This document shows positions 54,815-64,000 of a stretch of DNA of 64,000 bases, in pieces. Each line of letters starts with the position of its first letter. Positions within the stretch are counted from its first letter, which is position 1. Both the position numbers and the translations under genes were made by a program. The notes below the pieces were generated by a model, which worked only from the letters and a program-made list of their open reading frames with translations, made no database searches and was not told where the DNA came from. The stretch spans positions 41,292,001 through 41,356,000 of the forward strand of contig OZ286477.1 of the NCBI GenBank assembly GCA_965644265.1. Reading direction: 5' to 3'. The DNA is from Glycera tridactyla. Its lineage: Eukaryota.

Positions 54815-55334
54815 NNNNNNNNNNNNNNNNNNNNNNNNNNNNNNNNNNNNNNNNNNNNNNNNNNNNNNNNNNNNNNNNNNNNNNNNNNNNNNNNNNNNNN
54901 NNNNNNNNNNNNNNNNNNNNNNNNNNNNNNNNNNNNNNNNNNNNNNNNNNNGCCTGGGTGTCTGCGTGCCTGCCTGCCTGTCTGTCTGTGTGTCTGTTTG
55001 TCTGTCTGTCTGTCTGTCCATCTATGTGTGTTTGTGTGTGTCTGTCTGTCTGTCCGTCANNNNNNNNNNNNNNNNNNNNNNNNNNNNNNNNNNNNNNNNN
55101 NNNNNNNNNNNNNNNNNNNNNNNNNNNNNNNNNNNNNNNNNNNNNNNNNNNNNNNNNNNNNNNNNNNNNNNNNNNNNNNNNNNNNNNNNNNNNNNNNNNN
55201 NNNNNNNNNNNNNNNNNNNNNNNNNNNNNNNNNNNNNNNNNNNNNNNNNNNNNNNNNNNNNNNNNNNNNNNNNNNNNNNNNNNNNNNNNNNNNNNNNNNN
55301 NNNNNNNNNNNNNNNNNNNNNNNNNNNNNNNNNN
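54815..55334. other. Two assembly gaps (54815-54951 and 55060-55334) within a (CTGT)n tract
   Basis: N runs. The homologous tract in A is ~24830-24990. Confidence 1.
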
Positions 55335-55819
55335 TTACTATCTATCCCTTCATCCCACAAATTCATCTACCTATATGTCTCTTGCCCATCAAGATACCCG
55401 TCCATTCTATCCTCGAAACATCCATGTTTTCAGCCATCCATCCATATATCCCTAATCCCCCATCAGTTGAACCTTTTATCGTTTCTGGCCTCGTGATCAT
55501 AGCTCGAAGTCGAATAAATTTGGTATCAATACGTGAGCCGGGTGAAAATTGAAGGATGTTTGATGTCAATCCCACATCTCACTCACATATGACCTTCAGA
55601 CTGCCTACCAAGGTCACTCAATCTTAATTTGAAGCAAGTGCTCCTATGAACGACATTACAGCATCAGTGTCTCCCTCTTCTCCCCATCTCCCATGCTCCT
55701 AAGTCCCCTGGCCCCGACCTCCACTCGTAACCCAGGTTGATCATTCATCCCCCTTATAACCCAGGTTCGATCTCGGTGTTCACTTTCGACGCAGGTTTGA
55801 CATCTACCTCTACTGGTAG

Positions 55820-55847
55820 CTGTAGTAGTAGCAGTAGTAGTTGTAGC

Positions 55848-55888
<41 letters not shown>

Positions 55889-55940
55889 AAGTAGTAGTAG
55901 TAGCAGTAGTAGTGGTAGTGATGATAGAAGTAGTAGTATT
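55820..55940. repeat. (AGT)n trinucleotide tract (poly-Thr on the minus strand)
   Basis: Imperfect agt repeats. The homologous site in A reads agtagctgtagtgg and then enters the gap 25564-25729. Confidence 0.9.
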
Positions 55941-56759
55941 CCGAGGGATGGTTGGGAGGTCCTTCATCAAAGAGCAAGCCACTGGATACTTCTCGAAGCC
56001 TCCAAACTATGTCGGCCTTGTGATGTCATAAACACATGAATCATCATTAGCAGCCTTATTCAATGAGCACATACACTCCCGTGACATTCCCAGCATGGAT
56101 ATTGAACGCACCAGGTGGTGGGAGGAAAATCAAAGGGAGATGATACGTGTCTTGCATATCCATTGGGACATCAGACAGAGGCCCATCCATGGAGCCCTCG
56201 ACATGTAACACCCTTCATCACTAATAAGTGACCTTTCTCAAAGAAGATATGGTCCACAGATCAATATTCCATGTGATAACTTGCAGGCAATGACATGATT
56301 CTGAGGGGTAAATCGGCATATTCTCTAATGGAGAGGGGTTCTCCCATTCAAAGCATGATGCTGAAAATAAGGATGCAATGATGATGATTTCAGGGCCAAA
56401 TGAGGACCCATCAGCTAATTCTGTACAAGTTATAGTTCAAGCATACAAGGTTTGAAATAGAAATTTTGCGACTTATCAATTTTACTACATCATATCGACT
56501 GCGATAGAACACTCTGAAAATAAGGATGCAATGATGATGATTTCAGGGCGTATTAGGAGGACCCATCAGCAAATTCTGTTCTAATTCTAGTTCAGGTATA
56601 CCTTGTTTAAAATGGGAATTTTGTGACTCATCTATTTGTTTACATCATATCGATTGCTACAAAACACTCGGAATCATCTTTCGCCAATATACTCAACTAT
56701 CCTAATGGAACATCGCTATTTTAGTCAGTGCTCTGTACCATACCAAAGTCCATACCCAG

Positions 56760-57620
56760 TCACCCAGACACCACCATCTCGTTGATATCTTTGAACTATA
56801 CCATAGTTCCCACTCATTCCCAGAATTCACTATTTTATTCATTCCACTTTGATATACCATATTTCTTACCTATCCTCCGAATTCGCTATCCATAATCCCC
56901 ACCATTCCACAATGGATACCTCAAATTCACTATCCCGACTATTCTTCTGCACCATGAGATAATCCATACCAACTGCCTTAATTCACTCTTCAGTTTTCAT
57001 GTACTGTACAATTATCCCTACCAATTCCCTGACTCCGCTACCTCACCATCTTTCTGTACTTTACCATAATCATCACCATTCCAAAAATCCCCTGTGTCAT
57101 TCATTTCGCTCATCCATACCAGTTTGCTGACTCATTCCCAAAATTCAATATCCAACTAATCTTTCTGTACAATATCATATTTGCACCCATTACTGTGAGT
57201 CACTATCGCACCAAATTTTCTGTACTGTACTACATTCCATACCTATTCCTCCGATTCACTATGCCATCTTCTTTTCTGTAATATACCAAATCCCCTAACC
57301 ATTCCAAAAATTCACTATCCAACTTATTTTCTGTACCATAACATATTCGGTACCCATTCTCAAAAATCACTAACTCATAATATATTCTTTACTTAACGAA
57401 ATTTCCCACACATTCAGTACCCCTTCTGATTCCTGCTTATACCACATTCCCTATCCATCCACCGAATTCATTATCCCACTATTGTCTGTGTACTATACCA
57501 TCTTGTTTACCATCCCTCTAATTCACAACCTCACTCCTTTCTCCTCTACCACACAATATTTGCTATCCTTTCTTCCTAATTCACCACCTCACTCATTTAT
57601 CTTTATCATACCAGACTACT
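56760..57620. repeat. Degenerate ~40-60 bp repeat (ccaaaattcactatcc...ttctgtaccatacc)
   Basis: Recurring aattcactatcc and ttctgtac(c)at motifs. The homologous tract in A (26680-26780 plus 29100-29420) is split by the LINE. Confidence 0.7.
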
Positions 57621-58007
57621 CACCCAGCACCTAGAGTCAAGGGCAAGCACAAGGCCGGAGTCTCCACTGGTGACACCAGCTTCTCTCTGCTGTCAACTCC
57701 CATTTTCCTGAATACCAGCTATTTGCATGAACAATGAAGGCATTCTCCTGTACGCATTTGATGATGCCATTTCTCGGAAATCCATCACAGCCATCACCAC
57801 TCTTTTGGTTCCAGGAAGTGGCCATATCCACTTCTGAGAGTTACCGAGCATGAAGGCTACATCACGTAAACTCGGCTGATGAAGGCGATAGGAGTTAAGT
57901 GCAACGTTATGGCCCCTATATAGGTCACGCTATTGTCGGGTTCTTAATACACATCGTATTGCTTAGACGTCATCATCGTCTACATTCTAGTTTGATGTCA
58001 TGACGTG

Positions 58008-61000
58008 AGTCTGGGTTATTTCATTTCAGTCATGATCACACTAGACATGTCAATCAAATGTCACTGTCCTCTACATTCTAGTTTGAAGTTATTACTCAAG
58101 TCCAGGTCATGCCTTTCTGAATGTCATCAAACCCAGAAAGTTGCACAAGCGTCTCTTGCCCTGCCAACCTCAGTACAGCGTCATGACTTAGGTTCAGGTT
58201 GCCTCAGCTAAATGTCATCAAAACTAGGATAGTTGTCAAAATGAACTCATCTCAAAGTGGGGTGGATCCAGACTCATCACAATCATCAAAATGATTTTCA
58301 AGAGAACATCCGGATGTGGGGAACATCGTGAGTTCACAACAATCAATGTAGTTTTATGAGCCCAGGTGGGTGGCATTCTGTGTTCAGTTCTCTCATATAG
58401 ATGTTCACATTGTCACATTTCAACATTTTCACACTTGCCGTAGTGGTCTTCAGCCTGAAATCTGGTGAGCAGCATACGAGTCGATGTGGCAAATGTCTAC
58501 TTTGGGTTGTGTTGAGTAAAAGACCAGAAAATGCCCCATCTCAGATCAGGCCATTATTGATTCATCAATTCTGATGATGATTCTCATGTCAAACAATGAT
58601 TCATAAAATGCAGACTACAAAGAATCCACTACATCAAGAGAGCAATCATTACCAAAAGGTAGTGTCATTTAGTGTGACAGATGGCCAAAAAATACTCGGG
58701 GTTAGGTGGCAACACTCTGCATCAGTGATTACAGATGACATCTGATGTCAGATGTGTAGAACCTTTCAGCCGCTGGTAACTTACAACACTTGACTAGAAA
58801 CATTTATCGAAGTAGACATCATGAGGAGGTCTAGGGATCTGAGATGCTTTCTGGTGCTAACAACATCTGCATCTTCCTCTGGAGCACCCATATCTGGGAT
58901 GATGTCAAAATTACATTGCATATGACATGTTGCTTCCTCTCATATATGACCTTTTTTAGGAAACAAATTGAGATTCCTTTTTCAAGGATGCCTGCCTTGC
59001 AGGCAGCCTTCTCCTTGACACTCTCGTTTGGATCTGCAGTTTAGATGACAAAAAATGGAACATATTTTAACAGTTTTTTTGGGCAGCCAATTGATGGTGA
59101 CAAACTGCTTTGTTTCCTATGAAATCTTGTAGGGTTGTTATAACAGCCTGTCTGCTTTGTATGGTTTACTTGGAAAGCTCTTCATGCGTCTACTTTCCAT
59201 GAAAATGGCTCCCACTGCTGATACTGCTAATGATATGAATAAACTCTACTTTTTCTTGTTCATTTCTAACTGAAGTTTCAATGCATATTATGACTATATA
59301 CATTGAATCATTTTAATCTATAAAGCCAATCAAGTGTTCGATGGCATGGTTTGTTGATTGATAGGTGAAATCTACATGTTCAATGGTTATATTTCAAGAG
59401 TGAGAAGCAGCCCATGGTCTGGGTGGATGAGCCAGATGAAGTCGTCTGCTTGAAACAGACTACTGGGTGGAAGGAAAGATCTTGGCTAGGGATCGTTCAG
59501 GTTGTCAGTCTATTAAGATATATGTTACCGGGCATCCTCCTCTCGGCCTTCAGGCCTAGTTCTCCTATCAGGCAGCCCTTCTGCAAAAGCCCTACTGACA
59601 GAGGCATCGTTTTTGGCACAAATGACACCAAATTCCTGTGATGATACCAGGGCTAAGGATGCTGAGTCAATCATGTGCTTATATTACCGTTTTTACGAGA
59701 AATCCAGCCACCATATAGCTGACAAAATTCACCTCAATGGATATCTTATTACATCTCCTTCTTTTTGCATTTCATGCAATCACCATAAATGAGACACTGA
59801 TTAACTTCCCAGCTTCACTTTTTGTTTTTATGCAAACCTGCTACAGCGAATCATTTTCTCACATCCGAGAATTTGATGTTCATAGAAGGCGCATTGATTC
59901 CACAGTTTGACAGAATCTATATCCTCTATGACTGACAAGCATGAGAGGCACGTGAAAAACGTTGACCTTGCAATATCCTGTTTATGATACCAGCCCAATT
60001 ATTGTGTCGATAGCATGTTGTGGCTGTCTCTGAATCAAGATATCGACCAGGGTCATCGCGGTAGCTGCATTCACATTCAACACTGTATCTATTTCTCTAT
60101 GTATCAATCCATCCATCTATCTACCAATCCATCCATCCATCAATCAAGCCATTACTACATCCATCCATCCCTCAATCTACTTATCCATCCAGCTTTCTTC
60201 CTTTCCGTCACCGATTTATCACCTTCTACCCCCATCCCTTCCCACCAATTCACCCCTCTTCCTTTTGCACACTTACTATCCATCCCTCTTTCATTCTGTC
60301 CAACTCTCTCTCTGTCTCTATCTCTCGATCTCTCTTCCTTTCTCTCTCAAACCCTCTCTCTCTCTCTCTCTTTCTCTACCTATCTCTCTCTCATGAAGAG
60401 TAAATAAAGCCTGAGCTGTTTTTGGCTGAATTAGGTCATACTCGAGTTGTTTGAAGTGATACTTGATATTATTTAAAATGCTCCATGAGCACAGGGTATT
60501 GCAGTGACTACTTTTGCTGTCACAATTATCAGATGTCAAAGCAAAACTAAAAATCATCAGAATGTTTGAAAAATGTAAATGATTTTGTAAAATGCTTTGG
60601 GACTATATAAGATCATAATGAGCCATGTATCTTGTAATGATACACTCCTCCAAGTTACAACACAGTGCTTCAGTTGAATATTAGTCTCACATTTCAAATC
60701 CTCACTTCATGAATGATTCCGCAGGGAAGATGTTTGAAATTGGCCCATTTCATATGCCAATAAGATCGCATATGTTGCCCTAGCAACTAATATTAAGTGC
60801 ATCTTATCCGATGAGCAACCATTCGAAGAGAACACATGTAATAACATGGAGCAAATAATCAGTAAAACTGTAGCAGGGGTGGAGGATGTGTGATGTTGGG
60901 GCTAGCAATTGGGTGGGAACAACTGTTGAGATTTGCTCTGTATGAATGGCAAAGTCTCTGTGATAAGCTATGAGCCATATCAGCTAATGGCTGACTGAGA

Positions 61001-62950
61001 TTAAAGGTTTCGCCATGCCTCCAGTACTGTGATCAGCCCAATACACCCACTTGTCTCATCTTTACTCGCTCTGTTGCATCAGTCCTAATATACCAATTAA
61101 TCTCAAAGACAATGGATTGCCATTGGGATGGGGATAATCCCAGTCCGTAACCAATAACAGTCATCCACATGGAAATTTGGATAATTTGGGTGATACCTCC
61201 GGGATTAAGTACTCTCCACATAGGGATACGACCCTGCCATGAAGAATGGTGGGGAGAAACCAGCACTATTCCTGATCGTATGACCTCTTGGTTCATTCTC
61301 TTCAAATGAGGTGATTGAGAAATGTGTTGGCATCGTTATCACTCACATACAACTACATGGATGATCACATGCACAATGCAACTATAAAATACAGACATCT
61401 ACATGAAGGAATTGAAGGTACACATATGAACCATGACATGAGAGAAAGGATTACAGATGCAAACTGTTTGTACTTGAGTATGAATTTTCGTGAATTTTGA
61501 GCATCTGTCTCGGACCGAGAGAGAGGTTTCTAGATCGATTCTGGAATTGCCCATCACATGCGCGTGTAAATACTGTCTGGATGGAGCTCATAGGTCCTAA
61601 AAAACAGACAAACCAACTGCACCTATTCTACGCACACCATGACATGAGGGGGTCATATGCTAGCAGTGCATCACACCAACCCTCCAACACTCCAACAATC
61701 CATCCATCCCTACATAAACCAAACCATAAGAAGTGAGCATGTCCCCAACACCCACGCCGATACCCCTTCTTGTATCAACGTAAATATTTTTCGTACCCCA
61801 TAGTTCTGTGTTTAATGGGAAATCTGATCAGATGTAAATAGGAAGGAAGGCATTTTTGTACACAGTTGGACTCCATATTAGGACGAGCATATGCAAGTCG
61901 GTAAGAGAGAATAGAGGCAGATAAATAACGAATGAAGGTGAAAAAGCGATGAAATTTCGAAGATGAGAAAAAGAGAGGGAATAGAAGGGAGAATAGGATG
62001 TTAGAGAATGACGGGAGAAGGTGAGTGGGTCTGACTATAGAGAGGGGAGGGAAGAGAAGGAAGAGAACAAAATTAAATGGGGAGAAGATAGAAAAAAAGA
62101 GAATTAGTGAATGTGAAAAGAATGAAGAGAGATGTTGGAAGAGAGGAAGAGGGAAACAATGAGGGAGTCAGAGAGAGGGAGAGAGAAAAGAGAGAGGAGA
62201 TTAAGGAGGAGATTGAAGGAGCAAACAGATGATATGATCAGAAGGTGAGAGGCGGTGATGACCTATCACATGCTGCCCACTTCATGGGGAGGGAGCCGTG
62301 CTGAGTGCAGAGGTCAAGGTAAAGGGTGAAATGAATCAAGCAGCCTGCTTCACTATTCATCTTTTTTTTAACAGAGGTAAGAAGATCAGATCCAAACTTC
62401 ACGGAACTGGCTTTCAGTTGAACGTGATTTGGATAATTGGTAGATTTGAGAGATGATGGTAGGGTTGCTGCAATTGTAGCTGGGCAGCGGAGGAGATCGC
62501 TAGGTTGAGCCGACCGTGGCTAAGATTACAGCTGATGTCAGTTCTGACGATCAGCGGCTTCCATTCTGCAGATTAACGACAAGCTCCCACCAATAATGAC
62601 ATCTGCTCCTTCACATCCTCAGCCTCTGAAAAAATGACGTCTGATCTCATGTTATTCTATTTTACGAGTGTCCACTTACTTTGGAATCAGTTTCTGTCAA
62701 TGAGGTTTCTTGTAAGAAATATAAGAAAAATATCATCATCACAGCATTCAACCTCCAACAACTGTCCTACTTTGATGATCATATCTAAACTATCTGGCAG
62801 CCAGCACGTTGAAAGAATGGAGATTTATGTAGATGATTACGATGAGGCAAGTCAGTTGTTTGGAGTAAGATATTTGTTGCCCACTCTCAAACACATATCG
62901 GATTTAATAATAGCCTGTCATGTATACCAACCATTCTAGCCTCTATATTC
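58008..62950 (-). pseudogene. Segmental unit C (partial): third decayed copy of the LRP-like segment
   Basis: 58008-58100 matches 351-450, 58430-58830 matches 620-1010, and 61380-62950 matches 1900-3420 and 33300-34940. Minus strand gives KWVYWADHSTGG (~61010-61050), a frameshifted LVY(W)TDA (~61070-61100) and GNIY (~59520). Confidence 0.7.
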
Positions 62951-64000
62951 TTCCCTGGGATGATTATTGCTTTATTTCTATTGACGATTTTGTGAAACAA
63001 ATACGATTTCATCGACCACAGTGTGTTTAACTGAGCCTCTTGGGTAAAGTCCCACGACTGACAGCCAGTCCTACATGAATATGATGACATCACTTGAACC
63101 TAACAGTGTCCATGACGAATCCCTCTCCATCCGACCACAACTCCATTGTGAATAGAATAGAGTCTCATGGCTGCTGGCGAGTTCTACATAAATATGATGA
63201 CATAACATAGGGACCCGATCACAAAATATATATACCTCAGAGAGTGATCATATACTCATCACCTGTTCACATATTCGCTTTCAACCAGCTTCAGAATAAA
63301 CATATTCAGACGTATTGAAAGTCCAAATCAATAAGTTCAAGGTTTCCTGGCCAGTCAGAAGAGCCGTGAAGGACTCCTCGAACAAGTCTTACTGATGGTG
63401 GATTTCTCATGTCAGTATCAACACCATTTCAAAGTCTTGGCCAAAGACAGAGAGTGCATCATTCACCATTCAATGTTCTGGCCCTAGGGACGATCGAGTT
63501 CCCTTCCACTCTTGAACGTGTATGGTTGTTGTGTTGGTACCCTGAGGCAAACCCCTACTTTCGTGATTAATTGTGAGGAGCAAGCAACTCTAACCAAAAA
63601 CGATGTCCAGGTATGTTTCTCATGTTCTTCGCTGGCTAGGCTCGGTTTTGTGATAATCGGTGAGTTGATAAAAACAAAGAAGTATATGATGGGCTCGGCG
63701 CTTTCTGTCCCCGAGCTCTTACGTATTGCAACAAAACGAGAGAGAGAGAGGGGAGATCGAGAATGGGGGAATGAGGAACGGAGAGAGGGGGCGTGAGAGG
63801 GAGATAGTGAGAGAGTGATAGAACACTACCATGACAATCAAGGGAATGCAGGACTCCAAGTTCTGAGACATCCACTGATCCCAGATCAATCATTCAATGA
63901 AGCAAGCGACTAGTCAATCAGTCACGTTGTCTGTCTCTGTCTCTGTCTCTCTCTCACCCTTTCTCTCTTTCTCCCTCTCTTTCTCTCTCTCTTTCTCTCT

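Larger units (their letters stand above)
32478..57830 (-). pseudogene. Segmental unit B: second decayed copy of the LRP-like YWTD-EGF segment
   Basis: Colinear block matches to A, e.g. 33300-34940~1900-3420, 35860-36480~5660-6300, 45630-46230~18870-19520, 55660-56700~25440-26330. Remnants GDGCDGFPRNGIIKCVQENAFIVHAN (ORF 57637-57831), NRFGCSLHH (ORF 54391-54579), HIDFYPRK (ORF 54198-54389), AGYW...VFLDGS* (~45720-45785). Confidence 0.75.

Noticed and set aside
54744-55552. Long ORFs spanning N runs (also at 9970-10486, 25424-25830, 32111-32663)
   Set aside because: These are artefacts of assembly gaps and microsatellites.
351-62950. Intact LRP gene, or one rescued by stop-codon recoding
   Set aside because: Motifs switch frames repeatedly, all three stop types occur, and a LINE interrupts an exon remnant. 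No specific gene symbol can be assigned.

Overview
Eukaryotic, AT-rich, repeat-rich genomic DNA (metazoan-like; species not determinable) with five assembly gaps and no intact protein-coding gene that I can support. Almost the whole window is a head-to-tail array of large diverged segmental duplicates: unit A ~351-29580, unit B ~32478-57830, partial unit C ~58008-62950, and the end of a fourth copy at 1-300. On the minus strand each unit carries heavily decayed, intron-interrupted remnants of an LDL-receptor-related (LRP-like) gene built from YWTD beta-propeller and EGF-like modules. I found at least seven EGF remnants in unit A and no recognisable LDLa repeat. At least one in-frame stop is shared by A and B, suggesting decay began before duplication. 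The same locus also shows duplication at smaller scales: a 126-128 bp unit present about once in A is amplified to 12 copies in B, there is a 255 bp in-frame duplication in A, and an exact 90 bp x12 array in B. Copy-specific insertions include three non-LTR retrotransposon fragments (one splitting an LRP-like exon remnant), nested TA-flanked MITEs, two foldback elements, a Helitron-like 3' end and SINE-like remnants. All alignments and translations were done by eye, and boundaries are approximate unless stated as exact.
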